Under the pieces are notes generated by a model, which saw only the letters and a list, made by a program, of their open reading frames with translations, made no database searches and was not told where the DNA came from. DNA of 64,000 bases. Source: Terriglobia bacterium. GTDB lineage: Bacteria > Acidobacteriota > Terriglobia > 20CM-2-55-15. The position numbers and the translations under genes are program-made. The stretch covers positions 17,480-81,479 of the forward strand of contig CBDAOY010000002.1 in NCBI GenBank assembly GCA_965198225.1. The letters run 5' to 3'. Positions 50,422 to 61,500 of this stretch are shown here, piece by piece (positions within the stretch are counted from its first letter, which is position 1; every line of letters starts with the position of its first letter).

Positions 50422-50901
50422 CTATTGGGAAGCCGTGTCCTTGCCCGCAAGGATGGCGCGGGCCTGGTTGGTGAGGAGTTCCTTCTCCTTGGGCGTAAAC
50501 CGGATATCTCCGCTGACCCACTTGGTGATATCCCGGGTGGCGATCTCGGTGATCCGCATCTCCTCACCCCGAAGAGTGATGGAAATCGCACCGGCAATCT
50601 CAATCGCTTGCTGGCACTCCCGGATGGATATCGTTGGCGGGCGGGGAGGAAACCGCTCAAGGAACTGGCGTTCGTCTTCTGCAATGATGGCGCGCGCCTT
50701 CCGGGTGAGCTCTTCCTGGCTGGCGCGCGGAATCCGGATATCTCCGCAAACCCAGTGCGTTCCCTGGACTCGGAGAGCTCGGGTGATGAGCACATCCTCC
50801 CCACGGATAATCACAGGAATGCCGACATCGACGGTCTGACTCGCCCTTTCGACGATAGAAATCGCCCTCTGGCAAGTTCCAATGGATATTTTCACTTTCA
50901 T
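50422..50901 (-). CDS. Hypothetical protein made of two tandem ~70-aa repeats
   Basis: ISIxxCQxAIxI...RGE...IT...WVxGDIR...ELxxxARAI occurs twice. Confidence 0.65.
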   Translation of the reverse strand: MKVKISIGTCQRAISIVERASQTVDVGIPVIIRGEDVLITRALRVQGTHWVCGDIRIPRASQEELTRKARAIIAEDERQFLERFPPRPPTISIRECQQAIEIAGAISITLRGEEMRITEIATRDITKWVSGDIRFTPKEKELLTNQARAILAGKDTASQ

Positions 50902-51252
50902 CTTTCATTCGTAGAGTGAAGCGTCGGCGTTTTCTCTGCAAGCAAAAGCGGCTGAGCCGGAGGAATCGCGGGTACCGGACCGTCCATTTCGCCGAGAACT
51001 TCATCGATCGGAACCAATCTATCTTGTTCATGCCGTATGGCTCATTCTTCCCCGGTTGCGGACAAGACAAGGACGCACGTCGCGAACCTGAGCTATTGAA
51101 ACCGGGCGTCGTCGAGCCGCCGGCAAGCATCGGTTCCCTTGCGGCGCGTTGTTTTCTGCGTAGTCGAAAGGCAGCCGGCCAATGCTATCCCGCTTCACGG
51201 GACTGGCGCTTCGCCGTGTGAAACCCTCTAACTCTTAGCGCGATTTACATGC

Positions 51253-51816
51253 TCAAAGGAATCGGGGACTGTCTCGTCGATACTCGCGATATACCTGTCC
51301 GTATTGCTCTTCCAACCAGGATTCCTCGGCTAGCGGAGCCATAAGGAAAACAAGAATGAGGAGCGCATGGGTGATCCAAAGGAGGAGCGAGTTCGCAATT
51401 ATGCTCACACCGACGAAGCAGATGATATCACCCACGTATTGCGGGTTACGGGTGAACCGGTAGGGTCCAGAGCCAACGAATCCGCCCTTCAGCCCTGAAG
51501 TATTCATCACGCCAAGCGTGACGACTCCCCAAGCTGCCAAGAACCCTCCGAGCAAGGCGACTGGAATACCGAGAAGGAACCGGAGATCGCTCCTAAAGAC
51601 CCAGGAATTCCAGTCTAAGAACAGCAGCGCCGTGTTGAGCCCTAAGACGGAATAGAATCCGACCCAAGTCAGAACATGCTGCCATGAACGCTGATGCGGC
51701 GGTGGCCAAATTCGTTTATTGGGGAGGGCAACGGACCAGACTGTAGCCGTCAACGTGATGAAGAGGATGCCGCAGTTGATGGCTAAGAGGGTGGCAATAA
51801 GATTGGGCGTTGGCAT
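51253..51816 (-). CDS. ICMT/PEMT-family membrane methyltransferase
   Basis: GPYRFTRNPQYVG; EESWLEEQYG..Y..YRR..PRF. Confidence 0.88.
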   Translation of the reverse strand: MPTPNLIATLLAINCGILFITLTATVWSVALPNKRIWPPPHQRSWQHVLTWVGFYSVLGLNTALLFLDWNSWVFRSDLRFLLGIPVALLGGFLAAWGVVTLGVMNTSGLKGGFVGSGPYRFTRNPQYVGDIICFVGVSIIANSLLLWITHALLILVFLMAPLAEESWLEEQYGQVYREYRRDSPRFL

Positions 51817-52101
51817 ACGAAGAGGTCTCTAGAACCGCTGAATAAAGCAGACACACCCGACCGTTATGGGCTGACCAGAAAATCGAGGCCGCTCGCCAGT
51901 CGATCCGCGCCGTTCATGGCTGGTATTGTCCTCCACTTCGTTTCGTGGTGAAAGACTGGGAGCGGTTCCCTGCCAGGTCCGCGGCGTGAGCACGTCGCCG
52001 ACACCGCGGACCCGGCCACAGGAAGGCCGCCGTGGACGCTGCCGGCCCGCTGGAACGGCCCACAGCCACACACCGCCTCAACCGGCCACGAGAGCAGGCT
52101 T

Positions 52102-52353
52102 TCAGGGGCGTTTTTGAATCCATCCCTTCCACACTAGATAAAGCACCAGCACAGTGAGAGGCAGGACCACAAAAACCGTCAAAGCCGCGGTGAAGAAGAA
52201 CCGCACCAGCAACCACGACGAGACGTAGAAGGCAATAACTAAAGACAGCCCCAACAGCAGATACCGATAGAGCTTGCGCGCAAACTTCCGAGACTCTCGG
52301 TTCATCCGAAGTTCCAGCTTCGTACGCCGATCGTCAAGATCCTCTGGATTCAA
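52102..52353 (-). CDS. Small two-TM membrane protein
   Basis: AGGAGG RBS; two hydrophobic helices. Confidence 0.5.
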   Translation of the reverse strand: MNPEDLDDRRTKLELRMNRESRKFARKLYRYLLLGLSLVIAFYVSSWLLVRFFFTAALTVFVVLPLTVLVLYLVWKGWIQKRP

Positions 52354-52646
52354 AGGGACACCTCCTTCGGCGGCAGATCGAACATGGCGCCGTCCCGATC
52401 CCGTTCCAGAAAGTCATCGAGCCCTTGCATGAAGCTATTGCGCTTTCCGGGATCCTCGCCGGTGACGTGTTTGAGGTAGGAATCCATGAAGATCGCGCGG
52501 GTGGTGCGGCCACCTAATACACGCAGTCGGAATGGACAAACTCATCCAAGAGCGATAGTTCCAACTTAGCGACAGACTCGTCTTGATCCGAAGTTCGACC
52601 CCCAATCCTCATCACGCCGCTGTGTTCTGTCGATACTGTCCAACCG

Positions 52647-53105
52647 TTAGAGCGGAGCCAGGCAGCAAAACGGAGGGCCGTGGGTTCGTCTCCCGGTGTG
52701 TCGCTTAGCGCCATCGCCGGATCGTTTAAATCGACTTCGATCGTCCGTCCGTCGCTCTTCCACCAATTGGCTTCCTCTGGTAATCGCACCCTGCCCCCTA
52801 ATGGTGTTCCTCGAAGGGTATTTGTGGGGCAGTCCGAACAGTGCCCGGTCTTCCGGCTTAGAGAGGAAGCCCTCGAGCTCGCGCAGCATGGCCTCTTTGG
52901 CTTCCCCATCTGTCGTGAATTTTCGCATCATGCAACGACCGAGCAGTGCCCCGCGCCGTTCATAGAGCTTGAGTTGTTCTGCCTTGATTCGCTTTTTGAC
53001 GCCCGCGACTTTTTTCTTGAGCGCCTCCCGCTATTTCTTCTGCTGCTCGACCAGTTTCTTTTGCTCCGCCTCCAGTTGGGCGAGTTGATTATCAGTATCC
53101 GACAT
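52647..53105 (-). pseudogene. MobC/MobS-like mobilization accessory protein remnant
   Basis: Coiled-coil N-term with TAG and frameshift, then ERRGALLG...LEGFLSKPEDRALFGLP. Confidence 0.5.
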
Positions 53106-53334
53106 TTGTGCTCCTCACATTTGGGTTATATACATGCTTGACGGCATGGCCGTCGATGGGAATATTAGCGTCGTGTGCGCGATAATAAAAACTTCCGGGA
53201 CCTCACTGGAAGTCAAAGAGCCTAATTCTTCACCCAACCTGTTCCAGAAATTCTTACAATACAATAGAATAAATACTTCTATTAATTAATTTCAAACGAA
53301 CTTAATATAGTATTTGTATTACGGCCTCTGTCGC

Positions 53335-54102
53335 ATGCGCATAATCGCCATTACGAATCAGAAAGGTGGTACCTGCAAGACCACAACCGCTGTCAACCTT
53401 GCCGCAGCTCTTGGGGCCCGTGGAAAGCGCGTACTACTGATCGACCTCGACCCACAAGCTAGCAGCTCTGCTTGGCTTGCCGTCAGGGATGGGGGAAAGG
53501 GGTTGTTCGAGGCCTTCAGTGAAGAGCAAGATCTCAGTAAACTTGTTGTCTCGACACAAGTGCCCGGCGTTGATCTGATCCCATCTTCCCGCTGGTTGGT
53601 TGGAATCGAGAAGACCCTTTCCGGAGAAATCGGAGCGGAGATGATGCTCCGTAAGCGCGTGGAGGCTTTGCAGTCGAGGAGGTGGAACTACCTCTTCCTC
53701 GATTGTCCCCCTTCGGTGGGTTTTCTGTCTTTGGCCGCACTCATTGCCGCCAAAGATGTCCTTGTTCCGGTGGAAGTCTCCTCCATGGCCATGGCAGGCG
53801 TCGCTTCCCTAATAGGGACCCTTGATAAAGTTCGTGAGCGGCTCAATCCAAGACTCAATCTCTACGGTGTTCTCCCTTGCCGAGTGGATATGCGTACACG
53901 CATCGGCCGCGACATTGTTGCTTCACTTAAGAAACACTTTGGCGAAAAAGTCTTCAAGTCGGCAATTCGAGAAACTGTGCGCCTCAAGGAAGCCTGGTCG
54001 CACGCTCAACCGGTAACGACCTACGCTCCAAAAAGCCGAGCGGCTGCGGATTTTCTTAGCCTGGCAGACGAGGTTCTGCAGCGGAATCAAAGAGGTAAAT
54101 AA
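53335..54102 (+). CDS. parA: ParA/Soj partition ATPase
   Basis: NQKGGTCKTTT, LIDLDPQ, DCPPS, IRETVRLKEA. Confidence 0.93.
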   Translation: MRIIAITNQKGGTCKTTTAVNLAAALGARGKRVLLIDLDPQASSSAWLAVRDGGKGLFEAFSEEQDLSKLVVSTQVPGVDLIPSSRWLVGIEKTLSGEIGAEMMLRKRVEALQSRRWNYLFLDCPPSVGFLSLAALIAAKDVLVPVEVSSMAMAGVASLIGTLDKVRERLNPRLNLYGVLPCRVDMRTRIGRDIVASLKKHFGEKVFKSAIRETVRLKEAWSHAQPVTTYAPKSRAAADFLSLADEVLQRNQRGK

Positions 54103-54104
54103 GG

Positions 54105-54530
54105 ATGACGCGGAAAAACCCGATGGGACTCGGCGACGATCCGCTTGATGTGCTCCTGCCTGGCGTTACACAAACCCCAGCAAAAGAAAACCTGCCAGAT
54201 GCTAAGGCGGCGTCGGAGCAGACTACCAGAAGGGCAAGAAATACCAGAAGAACGATCCAAGAGAGAGTAGGGAAGTTGGCTGCGACCGCAGAGTCAAATC
54301 CAGAAGTTCCTGGACCGAAGGTGACCGTTAGTCTTCACCTTCCACTCAAGCTTATCGAGCGGGTTCGCGACGCAGCCTACTACGTGCCAGGTTTGACTGT
54401 TTCGGGAATTGCAGAAACTGCCTTGCGTAATGAACTGCAACACGTGGAGCATGCCTATGAGAAGACCTATCTGCGAACAATTCCGGAAAGGACCGGAAAA
54501 CTCAGCCCTGGCAGACCGCCCAAAAGCTAG
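54105..54530 (+). CDS. RHH-type ParA partner (type Ib centromere-binding-like)
   Basis: N-term GLGDDPLDVLL; VTVSLHLPLKLIERVRDAAY..TVSGIAETAL. Confidence 0.65.
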   Translation: MTRKNPMGLGDDPLDVLLPGVTQTPAKENLPDAKAASEQTTRRARNTRRTIQERVGKLAATAESNPEVPGPKVTVSLHLPLKLIERVRDAAYYVPGLTVSGIAETALRNELQHVEHAYEKTYLRTIPERTGKLSPGRPPKS

Positions 54531-54539
54531 CCCCATTTC

Positions 54540-54879
54540 TCGGTGACGCAGTAACTTCAGCGATCACGCTGGCTCTGTCCGATGCACTCCCGGCAGTAGT
54601 CATCAAGATGTTCATCACTCGGAATTAGCGGCCCGGGGCCAGTTGATCCGACACGAAGGCCATCGACCAGCGCTGGTTCGGCCCCTCGGGTATCGGCGTC
54701 GAATCCGCGCCGGCGCCAACAGGCGCTTTCACCTCTTTCGCCGCACCTAGAGCTTCTCTTCGCGATAAATTCGATCCGTCTTCTTCCCGTTCACGACGCA
54801 AATTTATGGTGAGTTCTCCTTGCCCGTTTTACCGGAAAACTCACTCTCGAACTGGACCGTCTCAGGGGGGGGGAGGTCA
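54540..54879 (-). mobile_element. Degraded IS3-family fragment
   Basis: Minus strand reads VNGKKTDRIYREEKL..RRKR..PNQRWSM.F..D; IR-like GGACCGTCTCAGGGGGGGGGAGGTCA. Confidence 0.55.
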
Positions 54880-55087
54880 AGCGCGATCGAGGACGGCCTA
54901 GTCGCAATATCCATTGTTTGCTGACAGCCCCGGCTACAGCACGCCGCGGGGCTTGGCGATTCCAGCAGGCCTATCTCGATCAAGGACGAGTTCCCTCAGT
55001 GGTCACTTCAACGATGGTCACTTCAAAACCGGCCAACGATGGTCACTTCAAAACCGGCCAACGGGGATGGCCCGGGACGGTGTTGTT

Positions 55088-55843
55088 CTACCTCTTTGGG
55101 ACTGGACTCGGCAAGCCCGTTTTAGTCCTCCAACTCCGAGGGCCGCATTTGAGGATGTGGCCGTGATGGAGCAGCCGGTCCAGCATGGCTGTGACGGCGG
55201 CGCTATCACCCAGTAGTTTTCCCCAGTCTTGGACGGGTCGATTCGATGTCAGTAACGTACTGGTCCGTTCATAGCGTCGCATCACGATCTCGAGGAGTTC
55301 CTCTGCTGCAGTGGGAGGAAGCTTCCGCATCCCCAGATCGTCGATGATCAGCAGCGGGACCGTCGCCAAAGCTTCCATGCACTCCTTTCGAGTACCGTCA
55401 ATGGTGGCTTCGGCGATGTCGTCGAGAAGCGCATGAGTTTCACGGTAGACGACCCGATAGCCCTGCTCAATCGCAGCCAAGCCGATGGCCTGAGCCAGAT
55501 GACTCTTGCCGGTGCCAGGAGGACCGAGAAACAAGGCATCGTCGTGCCTGGAGATGAAGGCGCCCGTCGCCAGGTCGAAGACCAGACTACGATTCATCTT
55601 CTTGTTGAAAGTAAAGTCGAAGGAGTCGAGCGTCTTCTGGGGATCGCGGAACCGGGCCTGTTTCCGACGCCGTTCCAACAACCGGATGCTGCGACGGTCC
55701 AGTTCATCCGAGACCAGACGAGAGACCAAGTCGATCGGCGCCATGGCTTCGGTCTGGGCCTGGTGGAGGCGTGTTTCCAACACCTCGGCAATGCCGCCGA
55801 GCCGGAGTTGTCGGAGAGCCCGCTGGAGTTCGATCAGATTCAT
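55088..55843 (-). CDS. istB: IS21 helper ATPase IstB
   Basis: GPPGTGKSHLA, IIDDLG, TSNR, LDRLLHH. Confidence 0.95.
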   Translation of the reverse strand: MNLIELQRALRQLRLGGIAEVLETRLHQAQTEAMAPIDLVSRLVSDELDRRSIRLLERRRKQARFRDPQKTLDSFDFTFNKKMNRSLVFDLATGAFISRHDDALFLGPPGTGKSHLAQAIGLAAIEQGYRVVYRETHALLDDIAEATIDGTRKECMEALATVPLLIIDDLGMRKLPPTAAEELLEIVMRRYERTSTLLTSNRPVQDWGKLLGDSAAVTAMLDRLLHHGHILKCGPRSWRTKTGLPSPVPKR

Positions 55844-57402
55844 GAGTGTTCCTGCTCCTGGATTTTGAGGTTGATGAGATCGCGATACTGAGTCAGTTCG
55901 CGAATGAGAGGATCGACCTGACGCAGGGCGAGTGGAGGTCGCCGCTCCAGATAGCGGCGGACGAAACGATACTCGTAGACGTGGAGTTCCAGTGCCGCAG
56001 CCGAAGCATCCTCCACGGCGGAGACACCGTACTTCTTGGCCAGGGAGAGCACACCCAGGATGCGGCGGACCGCAGCTTCCCCTTGTCGGCGGTGAATGGC
56101 GTCACAGAGTGTGCCGATGTGGGTGCCAGCGCGGCGGGCTCGGGCCAGCAGTTGCACCGTCGTTAACGGGGTTTTCTTCGGGTTGTCTTCAGCACGGACA
56201 CGGTATCCACCCCGCTTCTGGCGGACATGCTCGCGGAGGAGTTGATAGGTGTTTGGGTCCAGGATCCGGACGTGAAGCGTGTCCCACTGGACCTTGACAC
56301 CCCGTCCGATCCAGCCCGGCGGTACACTGTAATAGGCGGCTTCGACTTCGACGCAACCGTCGAGATGGACGACACGTTCACCGAATTGGTAATAGCGAAA
56401 CGGTTCGATCGGCAGCGGCTTAAGAGATGGTTTCTCTTCGGCGAACATGGCCGCCACCTGCCGCTTGGTCGTGCCGTGGATGCGGGTGTCGGCCCATCGG
56501 ACTTCCCAGCGATCCAGATACCCCTGGGCCTGGTCGAGGCTCTCGAAGCGCTGTCCCTTCAATGGGGTCTTCTGGGCGTGCCCGACACCGGATTCGACTT
56601 TGCCTTTGCGGTCTGGATCGCGCACCCGGCATGGCATGGCCACCACGCCGTAATGGGTCAGGACATCTCGAAACAACGGATTCAGGGTGGGGTCGTAATG
56701 GTCCGGGACGATCACGCCTTCGCGCAGGTTATCCAGCACGATGAGGCGGGGAGTGCCGCCGAGTCGGCGGAACGCGGTCTCGTGCAACTGGGCCCAGATG
56801 CGGGAACTGGACTTGAACGTCAGCAGCCGGACCGATTTGCGGCTGTAGCCCAACGTCATCACGAACAGCCGCGTCCGTCGGTACTTGCCCGTCTTCGGAT
56901 CCCGGACCATCGGTCCGGTCCCGTAGTCGACCTGCGCTTCCTCTCCAGCTCCGGTCTGGATGATTCCGACCGCTTCCGGGGATCGCACTCCCCGGAGTTT
57001 GCGAACGAAACGCTTGACCGATTCGTAGCTGCCGACAAAACCGTGATCCGTGACCAGGTCCTGCCAGATCGCCATCGCGTTGCGGCCACGCTCCAGCGCC
57101 TGTTGGATGGTCTCCCGGTACGGCTCGCAGGAACTGCCCGACGGTGGGCTTGGAGGGGGAGCCGACGACTCTGCCGAGACCGGATTCTCGGCCTCCGGGT
57201 CGGTGGTCACTTCGTTGGCCGGTTTTGCCGGTCGCCGGCCCCAACTCCCGGGCGGCCGAATGGGGATTCCGGCCGCTCTCAGATACGCACTGGCCGTCTC
57301 ACGACGCACGCCGGTGGTCTGTTCGATCCGACGCAGCGGCCATCCAAGCCGCCCCAATGCAACAACTTGCTCTCTCTTTTCTGTGCTCAAGACATTGCTC
57401 AT
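55840..57402 (-). CDS. istA: IS21 transposase IstA
   Basis: EAQVDYG, VLDNL, KGKVESGV, RIHGTT; ATGA overlap with istB. Confidence 0.95.
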   Translation of the reverse strand: MSNVLSTEKREQVVALGRLGWPLRRIEQTTGVRRETASAYLRAAGIPIRPPGSWGRRPAKPANEVTTDPEAENPVSAESSAPPPSPPSGSSCEPYRETIQQALERGRNAMAIWQDLVTDHGFVGSYESVKRFVRKLRGVRSPEAVGIIQTGAGEEAQVDYGTGPMVRDPKTGKYRRTRLFVMTLGYSRKSVRLLTFKSSSRIWAQLHETAFRRLGGTPRLIVLDNLREGVIVPDHYDPTLNPLFRDVLTHYGVVAMPCRVRDPDRKGKVESGVGHAQKTPLKGQRFESLDQAQGYLDRWEVRWADTRIHGTTKRQVAAMFAEEKPSLKPLPIEPFRYYQFGERVVHLDGCVEVEAAYYSVPPGWIGRGVKVQWDTLHVRILDPNTYQLLREHVRQKRGGYRVRAEDNPKKTPLTTVQLLARARRAGTHIGTLCDAIHRRQGEAAVRRILGVLSLAKKYGVSAVEDASAAALELHVYEYRFVRRYLERRPPLALRQVDPLIRELTQYRDLINLKIQEQEHS

Positions 57403-57986
57403 GCCGACGGAGCCTGTTTCGGCTTCCCGTCGGTGTCAATGTCCCGGGCTTATCTATGTTCGTTGGCCGGTTTTCAGGTGACCACCATTGGCCGGTTTTG
57501 GGTGACCGCCGAGGTTCTTGCTCATGGCGGTGTGACTCCTTCCTTTCGGGCTCTTCCGCCCGGGTTTTTATTTCACACGGAAGGATAATCACCGCCTATG
57601 CTATTTACACACCTTTTGAGGGTAGCTCCACTAAAGATCCTCGTTCACTACCGACTCTAGCATAGACGACCACTGGGGATGATCCCCTCATCATCTGCCA
57701 CTGCTGCACCGAACCTCGGGATAGATCGGGGCCCGACCAGGGAGGATTTCTCATGCCTAGCAACGGTGGAGATGGGGCCAAGGGCGTATTGGCACTGCTC
57801 GCGCTTGTTGGTTTGATAGTACTGGCAATGCAAGTAACGGCTCTGATTGACGGAGACTGGCGGCGGAATGTTTTCGTGGTGTGGCTCGTGTTAGCGATAT
57901 GTGCCGGGGTAGCGTTGCTGGAGTTGTTCCGGACCAAGCGGCATCGGAGGCGAAACCGCGTCCAGAAAGCGGTGTTTCAAGCGACC

Positions 57987-58116
57987 CTAGCAGCCTGTCG
58001 GACTTTCGGCGTAAGTCCTTTGTTTTCAACACGGGGTCTTTTCGGAACGAAATTTTAAGTGCAATAATATCAATGAGATGGGTCAATCGGCTATCCCTAG
58101 TCCGACAGGCTGCTAG
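57987..58116. mobile_element. 130-bp MITE with CTAG-flanked inverted ends
   Basis: CTAGCAGCCTGTCGGACT ... AGTCCGACAGGCTGCTAG perfect 18-bp inverted repeat. Confidence 0.8.
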
Positions 58117-58515
58117 AGATTGAAAAAGAAATTATCTCTGGGTTTATGGACTTTGTGCAAGACCCTGCTAAGGAGGCATGGGGATTCAAGGGTGTGGACT
58201 GGCGGCGGGAGGCTGAGTCATGGCTTGCGGACAACGAGTGCGGTACCTCGCCGGCCATGACCCGGCAGCTTGCCACAGTCGTGAAACTGTCCAAGAAAGC
58301 GGGGTAACTCCACAATGCCACGCAATCAATTCGGAGCGCAGGGAAAGAGTCCATCGGTGTAGGCAACTTGTTGGCAGGCAGGAGAAGGTTGGAAGGCAAC
58401 AACTCCAGCCTGCATTTTCGATGGAAGATCTCGCCACTGCACTCAACGGCCGCGATAATGGACGCTTTCATTAGGGCCAAGCCCTGTCCTTGGTTGCGAC
58501 AGATCAAGAAAATCC

Positions 58516-61500
58516 ATGGCAGTCCAACGTTGGAGTGATGTCAGAGAGGTAGGGAATCGCTTGGCGGCGCATGGCCTTGCCGGTCTGCTGTCGATCGACC
58601 TTGAGGGCAGCAAGAGCATTGGGTCAATCGGCGCGATACGTACCGATCGCTCGACCACCTACGCTTGGCGTGGAGACAAGACGGGATTGCGCGCGGCGCT
58701 TGCCACGCTCGATGAATTTGCCGCCGGGGCTTCTTACCTCGTCGGGCACAACATCATCGAACACGATCTGGAACTCCTCGCCAAGCACGCGCCGGAGCTG
58801 AAGCTGCTCACCCTTCCCGCTATCGATACGCTGTACCTGAGCCCGCTGGCATTCCCGGAAAACCCTTACCATCACCTCGTCAAGCAATATCAGGAACCCA
58901 CACTCACGAGAGTGCAGATAAACGATCCCCTTCTGGATGCGGAACTGACCCTCGAACTGCTTGCCGACGTTGCCGATGCGTTGAAGATGAGAGAAGGCGA
59001 CCTCCTGCACGTTTGGCATGCACTCCTTGCCACCGGCGTCAAAGGACACGCCTTCGACCGGGTGTTCCGGACGATCCGTGGTAGCAACGCGACACCGCTT
59101 GTCAAGAACGCGGTCCCGGCGATCACGGGCCGCCTCGGGAAAGGCGGTTGCCCGAACCAAGCGGCGGATATCGCCCGTAACGCGCTCTCGGACCCCCTCG
59201 CGCTCACCTATCTACTGGCATGGTTGCCGGCGGCGGGAGGCAATTCCATCATTCCTCCCTACGTCGAGAAGCGGTTCGAACCGAGCAGACTCGCAACGAA
59301 GCTCCGCGATGCGTACTGCGGTGAACGAACCTGCCGCTGGTGCTCGGAACGCCTCGATCCCACAAAGGCGCTGAAGCGTTGGTTCGGTTTCCCGAGCTTC
59401 CGCGACCAGCCCCAGAGTCGAGACGGAAAGAGCCTCCAGCAGTCCATTACCGAGAGACATCTTGCCCGGGCCCATGTTCTCGGAATTCTTCCAACCGGGA
59501 CCGGCAAATCCCTTTGTTACCAGCTCCCGGCGCTAATGCGCTACGAAGCGACCGGCGCACTCACCGTGGTGATCTCGCCACTGGTGGCCCTGATGGCGGA
59601 TCAGGTAACGGCGATGCGTCGCCAGGGCATCGTCTGCGCCACCACGATCAATGGTCTCATCTCGATGCCAGAGCGCGCCGAAGCGCTCGATCAAATCCGT
59701 CTCGGCGATGCCGGTATCGTACTTGTCGCGCCCGAGCAGCTGCGCAACCGTTCCTTCAGAAAGGCGATCACGGGGCGCCGGATCGGCGCATGGGTTGTAG
59801 ACGAGGCGCACTGCCTCTCGAAATGGGGACACGATTTCCGCCCCGACTACCGCTACGTCGCGCGTTACATAGCCGAGCATCAGGCTGAGAGCCGGGCGCC
59901 GATTCTGTGCTTGACTGCCACCGCCAAGAATGACGTCGTCGAAGACATCCGAGATCACTTCGAGCAGACGTTGCGGTCGCAGCTCGAAGTGATCGACGGC
60001 GGGGCGGAACGCGGGAACCTCGCATTCGTTGTCATGCCGACTTCGGCTTCGCAGCGGATCGAACACATCCATCAGGCACTTGAAGACGCGCTTGAAAGGG
60101 AAGACTCAGGCGGCGCCATCGTGTACTGCACGACCAAGCGGAGCACTGAGGAGACCGCCCAAGCGCTCGCCGATCGGGGACTGACCGCCCAGCACTTCCA
60201 CTCCGGCCTCTCACCCGAACGAAAACGTGAAATCCAGCGCGGTTTCCACGAGGGAGAGATCGACGTGGTGGTCGCCACCAACGCCTTCGGCATGGGAATC
60301 GATAAGCCGGACGTTCGTGCGGTCGTGCACGCCGAGATTCCGGGCTCGCTTGAGAGCTACCTCCAAGAAGCCGGCCGGGCAGGAAGAGACGGCGCGTACG
60401 CCCATTGCCTCCTGCTATTCGAACCCGACGATACCGAGCGGCAATTCTCGCTCACAGCTCGCTCTCGATTGGAGCGACGAGACATCCAGGCAGTGCTGCG
60501 GGCGCTCCGTCGCCTCGACCAGCGTCGCCGTCGCCACCACGGGGACACCGAGGATACGGTCGTCGCGACAACGGGAGAGATCCTCCTCGAAGACGACGAC
60601 GGCGAGTTCACGCGCGACAGCGTTACCGATGACCACCGGGTGCGCACCGCCCTCGCCTGGCTAGAGGAAGCGAAGCTCGCACGCCGCGACGAAAACTACA
60701 CTTCTGTCTTTCCCTCGTCCTTGCGCGTCCCGAACCTGACAGCCGCCCGCGAACGCATCGAGCGCGAAGGAAACAAGCGGAAGATTCGAAAAGACGTCCG
60801 GGTGCAGATGCTGCGCGTCGTGCAAACACTGGCAAATGCAGATCCGGACATCGGCGTCTCCACCGACGAATTGATGAACGAGTGCGGTTGCTCCCCGCAG
60901 CAACTCCGCAAGGTCTTCAGCACGCTCGAGGAAATCGGGGTCGCGTCGAACGACGTGCGGATCACCGTCTATGTCCATGCGGGAGTCGAGAACGCTTCTT
61001 CTCGACGCCTGACGCTTGCCCGCGAGCTAGAGGAGGCGCTCATCGCGGAGCTTCGCGAGGAGGCGCCCGACCAGGAGATCGACACCTGGACCCGGCTTGC
61101 GCTTCGCCCCCTCGCCCAGCGCCTTCGGGAGAAAGACATAGAGAACCCGCTCCCCGAACGGCTGGTAAGGCTCCTGCGGAGCATCTCTGCCGACGGCCGT
61201 GACGAGCCCGACGCGAAACGAAGCATCGAAATCCGCGCCCGCGACATGGAGACCATAGGAGTTCGGCTCCGGCGGAACTGGGCTGGCATCGATCGCATCG
61301 CAAGGCTTCGCCGAGATGGCGCTGCGCGGCTCCTGGAACATCTAGTCCGAAAGGTGCCTGACGGCGTCCGCGGTGTCGACCTGCTCGTGGAAACCACCTA
61401 CGGCGCACTGGTGCAGGCAATTAAGGACGACCTCGCGCTGAGGTCGGAGTTGAAGAACCAAACGACGCAGCCGCTTGTCGACCGCGCGCTGCTCTGGATG

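Larger units (their letters stand above)
54995..57513 (-). mobile_element. IS21-family element (istAB), apparently intact
   Basis: Terminal CTCAGTGGTCAC / GTGACCGCCGAG with repeated GGTCACTTCAAAACCGGCCA subterminal boxes. Confidence 0.92.

Noticed and set aside
41066-53033. Three in-frame TAG codons (41066, 49067, 53031) suggesting amber recoding
   Set aside because: TAG ends many intact core genes here (ruvB, glmS, glmU, pcrA), and neighbouring island genes carry frameshifts; ordinary decay or sequence error is simpler
54995-55062. Tandem GGTCACTTCAAAACCGGCCA repeats
   Set aside because: Normal IS21 subterminal transposase-binding repeats
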